A stretch of 64,000 bases of DNA, taken from contig NC_086374.1 in the NCBI RefSeq assembly GCF_036588685.1, positions 97,030,001-97,094,000 of the forward strand, written 5' to 3'. This document shows, in pieces, positions 28,244 to 41,089 of this stretch. Below the pieces are notes generated by a model. That model saw only the letters and a program-made list of their open reading frames with translations. It searched no databases and was not told the DNA's origin. The DNA is from Mytilus trossulus. Lineage: Eukaryota. The position numbers were made by a program, and so were the translations under genes. Positions within the stretch are counted from its first letter, which is position 1. Every line of letters begins with the position of its first letter.

Positions 28244-28549
28244 ATAACTTTTTAAAAAAAAGACAATATACCCAAAGTTTAATATTTATATCAATAGACA
28301 TGTATCAATATTTCATCAGGATTCTTAAGTTTGCTGCCTTGAAGAATGGGGGTTGGCCTAGGGGCTGTTTTCTGCTTTTGTTAGGATGTTGTCTCTTTGA
28401 CACATTCTCATTTTCATTCTCAATACTATTTAACACTAACAGTATAACATCTTTAGCAGTGTTTAAAGTCTTCACATAGGTTTGAAAAACAAGTCCTACT
28501 ACACCAACCAATAGAATTGTTGTTGACTGGTTTTTAATAGCTATCTTAC

Positions 28550-28593
28550 CTCTGATCTTGCCTTGCCTACATTGTTCCATGCTCTGGCAATGT
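28550..28593 (-). CDS. CEP350: CEP350-like coding exon 2, (D)IARAWNNVGKARSE
   Basis: T-rich tract + ttacag acceptor, GAG|gtaaga donor; 44 nt, phase 1 to 0. Confidence 0.85.
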
Positions 28594-31500
28594 CTGTAAA
28601 ATAAAAAAAATAAAAACTTTAAATTTTATGATAGGTTTTAAATTTCTCAATGTTGTATTGCAAGATAACAGAATAAACATTGTCCTAAAATATAAAATTG
28701 ATACTGAAAAGCTCAGCCTTGCTTTTCTTCCCAGCTTCAAAAGCTTATACAAATTAATTCTTTATTTGTTTGTACAATGTACCACCTATATATATATTAA
28801 CTACAAATGTAGCAATAAACCATCTAAGGTCTCAATTTTACAGAGAGAATTCACAAGTGAGTATACGATGCTCATGCAAGTCAAATATAATACATGTACA
28901 CAGGACACAAAACCAAAATCCAATTTAATCCCATGACATATTTTGGACAGTTCATCGAGGTTCAATGTCAAATATCAAATCCATGACTTAGCAGATATTA
29001 TTGAGCCAATTACCTTATCAGATAGCAGTATTATAAACAATGATTGGTAAAAAAAAAATCATGTCAAAAAGCTGGAACATTTTATATCTTGAATTATTGG
29101 GAATCAGTAGGAGACATGTAACCTTCACAGAAAATTTTCATTATTAGTATTACATTGAACATAAAAGTGGTCTTTATGCTCAACCATAGGTCCAACAGCT
29201 CAACCTTGTAAAAATGATTCCAGGCATGTACAAATCATCTCTAAGAAACAATAGATTCTAACTAAACTAAAATTGAGAATGAAAATGGGGAATGTATTTA
29301 AGAGACAGCAACCTTACCAAAGAGCAATAACAGCCAAAGGCCACCAATAGGTCTTCAACATAGATAGAAATTCCAGCACTCAGGAGTTGTGTTTAAGCTA
29401 ACCCCTAAACACATATTTTCAAAAAATTGTAGATTTCAAAGTTTATCATGAAGATTGATAGAGTGTTAAACACCAACACAATGTTACAGGTATTTTATTA
29501 CGAAAAGACTTCATATGAAACTGTCACTTCAAATTCCAAGTCTGTCCCCTTCTACAATAAAATGATTGCAAAATATTGCATTTGTCAACCAACTCATTTA
29601 AATATATCCTCCACAAAAATTATCTGAGGATCTTTCTATAAAAATCTGATTTAAAAAAAATATGAAAGAGAGGCTTCCCCATCAATATTAAGAGAATGTA
29701 ATAACTTAAGCAAAACAAACAATGCCCATGACATGACAAATAAATTTCAAGTGTGGCTATAAAGTTTTTGTTTAATAATGTCTACATTTGACAACCAAAT
29801 TTTAAATAAAGGGACAAAATTAAAGTTTACAAAGGCCTCAGAAAGGTTATCACATTTAATGGAAAAAAATATCTAGAGAACAAACATGTCAAGTTTTATC
29901 ATAGTTCCATTTCTTTTTAAAACTTGAAGATTTCATTTAAGACGCAGATCAAAACAAGAATGATAAGTAATTGACCTTGAGAATGTTGAGTTCATAACTA
30001 ATGAAAGTGTGCTCATCAGAAAAACAGGACAGTTGAGTTTTAAGCTGAAAATCTGGACTTTTTAACCAAGTGATAATTTTTTTATTATCAGGGATTCCAA
30101 ATTCCAGTTAAATCCTAAACTAAAGAGAAAATCAATTCTAAAGGAAAGATGAATGAAAATGTTCTTCAAACAATCTTTGCCAATCGTTTACTACAGCACT
30201 ACAGTTATTAATTATCATTCTATTTCAACTTTGTCAATTCTGCTTTACTTGAAAGAATCCAGATTTCACGATGAGCTGTCCAGTTCTAATGCTTTATTTT
30301 TTTTGTTTGTAGTCTTCTCTATCTGTATGTAGACTATATGATTTTCATTGTCAGTTTCAAACCATTACACAGCTGATAAATGTCTGATATATACAGAGTG
30401 TTCATGTAGATACATCAACCACTAAAAAAGTTAACTGAAGCAACAGTAGCTTTAACAAAAATACAATTTTTCTAAATGACAACTTTTCAATAGTAAAAAT
30501 TTTTCAACCAACAACAATTATATATTTTACTGATAAAAAAAATATGTCATATTTCTTTAAAAAAAAAATTCATAAAAAGCAACAAAAACTACAAAAAATA
30601 TATCAAATATGAACTATTTGTTGAAAATAACTATCTTACAAAATTGTCTTTTTTACCCAAATGTGTTCTTTTGCATGGAGTATAAGTTACAGTAAACAAT
30701 ATTTAAATATTATATTATACCATCTATTCAAAATTCACTCCATTGCATTCAGTCATATCTACATGATATATATAATTAAAATGTTTACCTTTAAAGAACT
30801 ATAAAGCCATCTATAAAATAAATATATCGAAAATTTCACTTATTCAACAACGAAAGTAAAAATCCTTAAAAACAAATCCAACACACACAGAGAGAAACTC
30901 AAAAACACCAAGTCAACGAAAAATTATGTCCTTCCAAACTGAAGAGTGAAATATTTGTACGGTACAAACAGAGCTAAGAATTTTACATACAGAATATACA
31001 TATATCCCATTAAAGGTAACACTAGAAGATTTTAGTATGGCTTGTTCGGACTTGAATTTCAATATTGTATGTCCATTAAAGTATACGGTGAAATCATAAC
31101 GGGGTTTAAATGCATATTGTCATTGTTTCAACAACTGCGCCTGATAATGGGATTATTGGTGGGATTTGCATTAAATAATAAGGTTAATGCAGACATGTGG
31201 TAGTGCCATTTTTTATCAGACAACGAGGTTGTTAAAAGGTTTTAGTAATTCTGCTGTACTTATATGATATACATGTGCTAGCAATATAAATGTATATGTA
31301 ATGGAATTTAAAATAAATAAGAATGAAAGAAAAAATATTGATCTTTAATATTTACTAGGTCAAGAAGTTAAGCCTTAGAGTTTTGCCGTCCAGTTAATAT
31401 AAAGTCAAAGTACAAATAACCAAATACCTGTCTATATAATGTGATATAGCTACAATATATACTCTTGATAACAAAACATTAATGTGCAAACTCAACTGAT

Positions 31501-32554
31501 TTTAAACAACTTGTATGTTTACATGTGTCTAACTGGACTCATGCCTATATGCAGCCTCATATAAGCCAAATTTACGATATGGTTTTTTTCCGAGTTTAGA
31601 TTTAATAACTGGTTTTGGGCAGGGCATCACTATATGTATTCCTATAACATGTAGCCAATGTAGATATAATGTTAACTATAAGTGAATTTAATATTTAGAT
31701 TACTTGACCAAACAAGTGTAGACTATATGATATCAAAATACAGGGGTAAATTTGCTTTGAATTTAAAAAATTTGAAAACACCTTCATCCCATTTCAAATT
31801 GTAACTTTTTATCAGCCCTTACTGATACTTAGTCCAGCAACTTATGAAAAATAATATAAAGTAGAAGATTTACTGATAAATATCATCCCTGAAACAGATA
31901 GTGTCAGAATAAAACTATGCTGTTCCATTCTCATTCTAAATGGTAAAGTATCTTTAATTTTTATTTTGAGATACCTCATTTATCTTGTTTATTATTAAAA
32001 AATATTAAAAAGACAAAGTGGTTTAATTTAACAACTTTAAGGTACCGGTAATACCGTGGAAAGTGGTAGTATCAACATAGCAAAGTTGATAAAATGGGGA
32101 ACAGAAGATGTCTGCCTTGCATATATCATATAAAATTGCAAAGGAACAGAACTGAAGAAAGGTAAAAAAGACAATACCAAAATTTGTCCTCTAAGTTATG
32201 TGAAAATAAGTACTAGTATTGTGTATAAGTTTCATAACATTTGGTTGAGGCAAACTAAAGAAAAAGAAAGGAAACAAAAAATTCAGCAATTGTTCTATCT
32301 GTGTAGGGGCAGAAATCTAGAATGGTTGAAGTGGTGCCACCAAAATTCAAACTTGATCTGTGTTTTATGGTAATAAGCATTGTGTATAAGTTTCATAACA
32401 TTTGGTTGAGGCAAAGTAAAGTAAAAGAAAGGTAAACAACTTTGGTACCTAATATATTATTCAATGGTCAGGGAACATTTCCCATTTTGATATTTTAAAA
32501 GAGAATATGTACCTGATCAAAACAATGTTTTCTTAAATTATTCACTTAATGATG

Positions 32555-33123
32555 TGATTGGTTGATGTTTAATGCTACTTTGAGCACTACTGTGTTATTT
32601 CATAGAGGTCAGTATTCATTGGCCGAGGAAACGTGAGTGCATGGAAAGAATCACTGACCTTTGGTAGAAAACTGACCATTCAAGTTAATGTTCTTATGAT
32701 TGATTAATTGGTTGTTGGTGTTTTAACACAACTTTCAATCACAACTTTTGTGTTATTTCATAGTGGTCAGTATTCATTGGTGGAGAAAACGTGAGTACAT
32801 GGAAAGAATCACTGACCTTTGGTAGAAAACTGACCATTCAAGTTAATGTTCTTATGATTGATTAATTGGTTGTTGGTGTTTTAACACAACTTTCAATCAC
32901 AACTTTTGTGTTATTTCATAGTGGTCAGTATTCATTGGTGGAGAAAACGTGAGTACATGGAAAGAATCACTGACCTTTGGTAGGAAAACTGACCATTCAA
33001 GTTAATAAAGATTGAAGTCTATCACACCTGCATAGTGCAGGATTTGAAACTCACATCCTTAACACCAACTAGTTAGAGATACAGTAGTTCCACAAATTAG
33101 ACCACTCAGTCAAAAAGGCCCCT
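32555..33123 (-). mobile_element. Same SINE family with its 3' 158 bp triplicated
   Basis: Decayed head at ~33040-33123; unit tgtgttatttcatag.ggtcagtattcattgg at 32591, 32749 and 32907. Confidence 0.75.
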
Positions 33124-34915
33124 CCTTATCAAGTGACTTGTTTGTGTTAATGCGATTGGACCAAGTGATACAAAGTCTATTGGAAATTAAGAACAATGTA
33201 CTGTTATTTTCAAATTAAGCGAAACAAACTTTCCTGTATCCAACTTATTGAGGGACATACAGATCTTATTCAAACTGGATTATTTCAAATTTCATCCATT
33301 ATTCATAAATCTAACATGTTAAATAGTCTACCACTATAAATCATGACTTATTGGTCTGGAACTGTAAGTTATCACTGAAATACATGTACTGCCCAATCAA
33401 GACATTACAATACATATAACTTATACACAAGAACCAGGAAATGGTCATATTATTAAATGGATATAACTCACAAATTTCAACTAAATAAACAAAGTTTAGT
33501 AATTTCAGACATATTACATTATCAAATCACTGTCACATTTCAATTTTTTATCATTTCAAATTTAACCTGCAAACTATCACTAAAGGAAATTTTGGTCTTA
33601 CTAAAACTTAACCTGCCAAAAAAATTGTTTCACTTTGATATTGTTTCAAACAGTAAACACACCAATATATTTAGCCATAAATTGCGAGTTTTATATATAT
33701 GTATATACAGCTCTATTTTTTACTGATCAATAATTTTAATTCCTGTCTGAATGAATACTTATTAAAGGTCATTTTGTATATATACATGCATACAATATTT
33801 ACTGAACAGATTTAAAATTCTTTCTGTATCTCACTTAAACTTTGAAGCTTGTTGATTATATTTAGTGAACTGTGTGCACATAAATAAATCTTTTAATAAG
33901 AACATTTTGAGTTTGTGCCAACTGTCAAACCTAGTGCCAATGGTAAGAAGATGAATTATTCAACATGTTTGCATTTGGACAAAACAGCATTGGAAATATA
34001 CAGATAAATACTGACAAAAACATTCTATAGCATCAAGCACAGACATGACCTGATGACATTTGCCGTATAAAAAGGGCCAAATGAATTTGCACTATCAAAC
34101 TAGTAATCTGGTAATATTTAAAGTAATCAAAATCTTAGGCCACTTGAATTTTCTACATCTAAGCCTTGCATATTACCTTAGAACATTTGTGGTGATCAAA
34201 CTGAGCCCATATGAAATAAAATTGTTACAGACATGAGTCACATGACACAGTGGTACATATTATACACACATTTTTTTTGAATTCATTTAATTACAGAAAT
34301 GTATGAAATTGGTCAAATATGTGGTGCCAAGTCTTTGGCAACATAAATACATGAGGTATAAAATCTTAAGCCACACCAATTTATTATATCGAATGGCATG
34401 TGTGGTGCAAAATCTAAGGCCACACAGATAATATTGTATTCCATCACACACAGGAACTTGTACAAAGATAAGAAATACAAAGAATAAACAATTATTGCAT
34501 CACAGATATGACTTTTTGTTATATTTTGACCACATAAATGGTATTGCATCCAAAAAATAAAAAATAAAAATAAAATCCACGAAATTATATATCCAAAAAA
34601 AATCAAATATTTCCTAGAAGTAGTTCCATGAAAATTGATCATGAAATTTGTACCCACAAAAAAAAAATCCATAGTATTAATAAAATCACTTTACATATTA
34701 TATCAATGAACATATTTGGGTCTTCATAAATCTTTCAGCAATAGAGATTGCTAGATTTATACATATAAATGGTAAATGAAAATAACACCTTATAAATTGT
34801 ATGCCTCTGATGCCGTCACCAGGAACTTGCATACCAAAAGTTTGAAAGCCAAGGCTGTATAACACACGTACAATACTTGAACTTTTGACAGGCTACAATA
34901 TGCTTAAAAGATCTT

Positions 34916-36873
34916 AACCAGATGCTTCGCAGGGCGTAGCTTTATACGACCGCAGAGGTTGAACCCTGAACGGTTGGGGCAAGTATGGACACAACATTCA
35001 AGCTGGATTCAGCTCTAAATTTGGATTGTGATTAAATAGTTGACACAGCATAGGTTTCTGACACAGAATGAATGTGTTCTAATGAACTTAAAATTTTTGT
35101 TTTCTCTTAGAGCAATTCACTATGCTGTTCAATATTAATCCTCTCAAAATAATGTTTGAAGAAATTTTCTTTTTATTTATGAAATTTCAAATGAGAAAAA
35201 TTGAACCCAATTTTTTAATCACATCCCCCTTTCCCTTATTCCAAAACTAATCTCAATTAAAATATTATAATGGAGTTTGCAACAATAACTTCTCATTTAA
35301 ATACATCATAAAATAAACTGTAAATAAAATGTAAAAAAACTGCTTGTTATCACTGAATGGTAAAGATTATTTCTATTTATCAGTTGGTAGTAAAAAGTGA
35401 ATATACATTGTATATTGTATATAACAAAGATTTAAGTTGATTCTGGACAAAGAAAGATAACTCCAATTAAAAAAATTCTTGCAATAAGATATTTCTTGCT
35501 TACTATTTTGGACAAAGAAAGATAACTCTAATTAAAAAAAATTGCTATTTCACAATATTGTGAAATTAGATATTTCTTGCCATTGCACAATACTGTGCAA
35601 TTGAAAAGACTTGCTATTCCACAATACTTAATATAATAATTTTAGATCCTGATTTGGACCAACTTAAAAACTGGGCCCATAATCAAAAATCTAAGTACAT
35701 GTTTAGATTCAGCATATCAAAGAGACCCAAGAATTTAATTTTTGTTAAAATCAAACTTAGTTTAATTTTGGACTCTTTGGACCTTAATGTAGGCCAATTT
35801 GAAAACGGGACCAAAAATGAAGAATCTACATACACAGTTAGATTTGGCATATCAAAGAACCCCATTTATTCAATTTTTGATGAAATCAAAAAAGTTTAAT
35901 TTTGGACCCCGATTTGGGCCAACTTGAAAACTGGGCCAATAATAAAAAATCTAAGTTCATTTTAAGATTCAGCATATCAAAGAACCCCAAGGATTCAATT
36001 TTTGTTAAAATCAAACTAAGTTTAATTTTGGACCCTTTGGACCTTAATGAAGACCAATTTGAAAACGGGACCAAAAGTTAAGAATCTACATACACAGTTA
36101 GATTCGGCATATCAAAGAACCTCAATTATTCAATTTTGATGAAATCAAACAATGTTTAATTTTGGACCCTTTGGGCCCCTTTTTCCTAAACTGTTGGGAC
36201 CAAAACTCCCAAAATCAATACCAACTTTCCTTTTATGGTCATTAACCTTGTGTTTAAATTTCATAGATTTCTATTTACTTAAACTAACGTTATGGTGCGA
36301 AAACCAAAAAAAATGCTTATTTGGGTCCCTTTTTGGCCCCTAATTCCTTAACTGTTGGGACCTAAACTCCCAAAATCAATACCAATCTTCCTTTTGTGGT
36401 CATAAACATTATGTTTAAATTTCATTGATTTCAATTTACTTAAACTAAAGTTATTGTGCGAAAACCCAGAATAATGCTTATTTGGGCCCTTTTTTGGCCC
36501 CTAATTCCTAAACTGTTAAAACCAAAACTCCCAAAATCAATCCCAACCTTTCTTTTGTGGTCATCAACCTTGTGTCAAAATTTCATAGATTTCTATTAAC
36601 TTAAACTAAAGTTATAGTGCGAAAACCAAGAAAATGCTTATTTGGGCCCTTTTTGGCCCCTAATTCCTAAAATGTTGGGACCAAAACTCCCAAAATCAAT
36701 ACCAACCTTCCTTTTATGGTCATAAACCTTGTGTTAAAATTTCATAGATTTCTATTCACTTTTACTAAAGTTAGAGTGCGAAAACTAAAAGTATTCGGAC
36801 GACGACGACGACGACGCCAACATGATAGCAATATACGACGAAATTTTTTTCAAAATTTGCGGTCGTATAAAAA
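34916..36873 (+). mobile_element. Helentron-associated (HINE)-like non-autonomous element with internal tandem arrays
   Basis: Subterminal IRs tttatacgaccgca (34941-34954) and tgcggtcgtataaa (36858-36871); (GAC)n near the right end; internal ~250-bp repeats and ~160-bp repeats with GGGCCC sites. Confidence 0.75.
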
Positions 36874-37844
36874 GGACCTATAAAGAATAGAAACATCGAT
36901 CATAGGATAACTTTGCCTGAGGTGGACATTAGTTTCTTATATAATTAATAACTTTAGGATTTAACAAAATTAGAATTTAAGAAAGGTATGTTATTATTCA
37001 TGGCAAGTACTGACTATAGAGCTGATGATATGCTCTGGAACTAAGTTCTTGGATGAAAATGAAAGTAACGTTTATAATTTGGATGCTTAAAATTCTTTTT
37101 ATCACATAACTTCTTACCCCTTAAGTTCCATTAAGCAAAGAATAACTATGTATATGGCCTGAACATTTTCCATACTTTTCAATACACAAAGGACCATGGG
37201 AAAGAAAAACGAAATAAATAAATATGCTCGATTAAATACCCATATAAATATTTCTGGTCTCAATGCATATTCAATCTAATAAAAAAGAAAAGGGAAGACA
37301 TTTTCTTTGACGCAACACTATAATTTGAAATGAATATTTTATTTAAGTCGAAGAAAGCAATTAGTATGACAACCTTTGGTTACACTCCACCATTACACTA
37401 CAAATAGGAAGAATTATATTGGTATATTTCCATCCATTTAGATTAATTTTCATATAAATCATCTTCCATGCCACATACTTTTATTCAATATTTAACTACT
37501 ACTGCACTTATAAATATTCCAACAGCAATATATGTATGCATGTAGCATGTATTTTTAGAAACAGCACTTTACACACAATTATTTGTAGAGATGCTTCTTG
37601 CAACACCAAATTCATTAAATTTGCCTGAAATTTGGAAGGTATTTGTATGTTAAATATGTTGCAATCCATTGTCCATGATATTAAAAATAAGCTGCAATAA
37701 TTATACTATTTATAATATGATGTAGGGTATAGGTATTAACCCCTTCCCTTTTGAGTTCTTATTGTCAAAAGAAAGTCAACTAACTGTACTCTTAAAAAAA
37801 AAGGCAAGGAAACTTTTTTTAGTATGTAAACATCATGTGTACAT

Positions 37845-38150
37845 TTCTGCAAATGTTTGCACCTGTCCTAAGTCAGGAATCTGATGTACAGTAGTTGTTG
37901 TTTATTTATGTAATATATATGTGTTTCTCGTTTTTTTTTGTTTTTTTTTATAGATAAGACTGTTGGTTTTCCCGTTTGAATAATTTTACACTAGTAATTT
38001 TGGGGCCCTTTATAGCTTGTTGTTCGGTGTGAGCCAAGGCTCTGTGTTGAAGGCAGTACATTGACCTATAATGGGTTACTTATTTTTAAATTGTTATTTG
38101 GATGGAGAGTTGTCTCATTGGCACTCACAAAACATCTTCCTATATCTATT
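37845..38150. mobile_element. Representative long copy of an abundant dispersed family ending in gtctcattggca(c/a)tcataccacatctt
   Basis: Same terminal motif recurs in both orientations near 6090, 7140, 9215, 10232, 12590, 19650, 23400, 26300, 27385, 51290, 51660, 52150, 53515, 56200 and 61460. Confidence 0.75.
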
Positions 38151-39623
38151 TCAATATGGATTGGAATTTTACAATATTTGTCAAATAAGGTTTTCAAAGA
38201 AAATAAAGATGAAAAGAATACAGATGATACTCCATATCCATCTTGATTAATTATTGGCTCTTTCTTAATCACAAACAGGAAGTTCCATGAAGCGTGTAAG
38301 CCTATGTCATAAGAAGGACAACACAATTAGCAAATGTATAAATAGGGTGGTCCGTTTGAACATAACATTTTTCAAAGTCTTAATTATATAAACTTAACTA
38401 TCAATAATATCTTCTTAACTTTTCTTAACCTTGCTATAAAAGCTCAATTCCCTTCCTTTCATTAAAAGGAGATCAATACCAAATCTGCAACTGAGGAAAA
38501 GGGGCAATTTGACCAGCGTGGCCCAGTAATGTTCATATTTCAGTTCTTTTTTAATTTCAATACATTTTGTTAATAGAAATAGCTAAAGATTTAAATGCCG
38601 GAATGAGCATCAAATACAAATTAACAATCTAGAGTGACCCCTGTGTTATTTTACTAGAGACGATCTTTTGTAAATAAAAATGTATACCAAGGGAGGTAAT
38701 TCAAATTCAGCTTGTACAAAAATATATCTAAGCATTTAAATTGATCCTCATTTACAGAAACAGAGACAATATCAAATCTATATTTTGTGATTCATGTTTT
38801 TTTCATAGATACCTGTACATGATGCACATTAAATTATATGTGATTTACGTATGATTGACAAATTTCAAAACTATCTCTATATAATGATAAACATGTACAA
38901 AAATGTATATAAAGGAGTTCTTGGTTCAAGGTTCACATTGTCTTTTTGTGTACTGTATAATCTTGATTGAGCAGGAAAATTTCAGGGAAGCTTCACTTCA
39001 ACCTCCCTGAAAATAAATATGTATGGTACCTACATTGTACACCTTTCAACTTTCTATACATTGTACCTCAGAGTTGAATCCCTTTAATTAACTAAGCCTT
39101 TCATCTTTATTTACCTTTTCCCCCTTCACTAATAGTTATTTGTCTTACAGCCCCTGTACTAATGTGATACTTACCTATCACCCATTCTTAATCAGGACTA
39201 TAACACACACTTGCATCACTGACAAGTCAATACACAATAGTATCATTAAGACAACCCTACATGTATAAATGTACTATTGTAAATTCAGAAATTTTTGTGT
39301 GCATTTATTTATTTGATTTTGTCATGTTAGACTAAAATGTGATTTTAAATTTTTGCGATGAGAAAAATCCTGTTTAATTAACATGATTAATCATATAAAA
39401 AAATCAAAATGTGAGTTTAAATTATTGCGATTATAACCCTACCGCATTTTTCACAATAATAAAAACATTGCAATAATTTCTGAATTAATAGTACTTGGAT
39501 AGTTACCTATTGTCCTTAAAAGCATTCAAGGCTATAGACCCATGCATACAGAATTACCTCTGGCTACATTGAAGGTATAGAAACTGAAAATAAAATATAA
39601 ATATACAGATGCACAATAAATAC

Positions 39624-39690
39624 CTGTATCTTTAGGATAGTTGCTAGCTCCCTGTACAACTGGGTTAGCCACCTTCCTTCCTTTAAACAT
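39624..39690 (-). CDS. CEP350: CEP350-like first coding exon (whole exon 39624-39718), MFKGRKVANPVVQGASNYPKDT
   Basis: Acceptor ttttgcag at 39719-39726, ATG at 39690, donor G|gta at 39623; 67 nt ending in phase 1, matching the next exon. Confidence 0.75.
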
Positions 39691-40132
39691 TCTTTGCTGT
39701 TTTCATGGACACTGTCATCTGCAAAATACACAGGTTGTTAATGAAGATCTACATGTGGGTTATTTTCTCTTAAACTTGACTTTAAAGTTCATTGTTTAAA
39801 ATTATACAAACAATACTTGGTATGTTTTGTCAAACACTACAAAATGTGGTTCACCTTTACCTATGGAATGTTGTTATAGGAAGCCATGAAACCTTCAACA
39901 ATGAGCATTTCTCATAGCATATAGTCAGCTTTAAAAAGCCCTGACATCATGGATATCACAAAGAGGAAAAAGTTTTAAACGTTAAAACCAACAGTCTAGT
40001 TAATTACATAGCAATCGAGGAAAATCCAATTAACACTGACAATATGTTCAACAACGACAGAATGACAGACTTGGAACTCAATCAAATTTAGTGACATAAT
40101 TTGTGTTTGTACATTGAAAAGAATCACTGGTG

Positions 40133-40330
40133 TTGATTGATTGCTGGTGTTTTAACATTTTTAAGAGCCACACTTGGGCTTTACCATGGCGGCCAGTTTT
40201 CATTGGTGGAGGAAGCGGGAATGCCAAGAGAAAACCACTGGGAAAACTGACAATCCTATATAGCTAGTCAACTAAGATTGGAGTTGAGTGCACCCACACG
40301 GCCAGAGTTGGAACTCACAACCTCAGTGTT
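40133..40330 (-). mobile_element. Same SINE family, head truncated
   Basis: ggcggccagttttcattggtggaggaagc..gagaaaacca..gaactcacaacctcagtgtt shared with 28040-28190. Confidence 0.75.
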
Positions 40331-41089
40331 TAAAGGTGTTGAAAATGAAGTGGTTGTAGGTTGAACATTCAAATATTTTATTGATTATCTTGCTTGTACT
40401 GAATATGAGTTTTTACAATGACTCAAAAATTAGTTTGTATTTTTAAAATACCTCTGTGTATTGCCTTTTGTATGAATTTCTATGATTGACATGGGTTTGA
40501 TCTACATATTGATAAGAATTAAATCAATTAAAGTTTATCTAAACAAATTATTTGTATACTATAAAAGGGAAAAATTATGTTTTTGTCCTTGAACTAGCTA
40601 TTAAAATGTACACATTCTATAAACTCTTTTCAAAGATTGGTCTTTATTATGATTCCAAATATTTTATGTACTAAGTATTCTTTGAACTTAATAAATTCTC
40701 GAAGCGATTTTCATATAAATTACCAATTATGTCACAAGATTAAATTTCAACTGGGGGTAAGATTTTGTTAGAAATTTCAGCAAGTACATTTATATTTATT
40801 TGAAACATTTATGCTTAAGCTTACTCCAACAGAAGTGACAGGGAAATGCATCTTTCATTAACCTGACCATCTTTGTTCCTAATTATATGTTCATGATATT
40901 AATTCTTGATTTTGTATACATCTTTTCTAATTTCTTCAGAAAAACAGTTTTTTAAGGGAACCAGTCTGACTTTTTTCATGCTAATACCTTATACATTTTT
41001 TATATAAATTTAAGAACTCTGAAAGATATAAAATGTATACAAAGTAGCTATAGTATATATGAAATAAGCCTTTTAAAATATTTTGAAAT

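Noticed and set aside
11260-37060. Hammerhead ribozyme cores (CTGATGA hits near 11267, 13959, 16208, 30013, 37022)
   Set aside because: None is followed by a credible stem II and GAAA by eye; an Infernal or RNAMotif scan would be decisive.
39624-39718. Second open frame through this exon (DSVHENSKE...LKIQ) joining exon 3 directly
   Set aside because: No in-frame ATG in the putative exon 1, and it would skip the conserved DIARAW exon.
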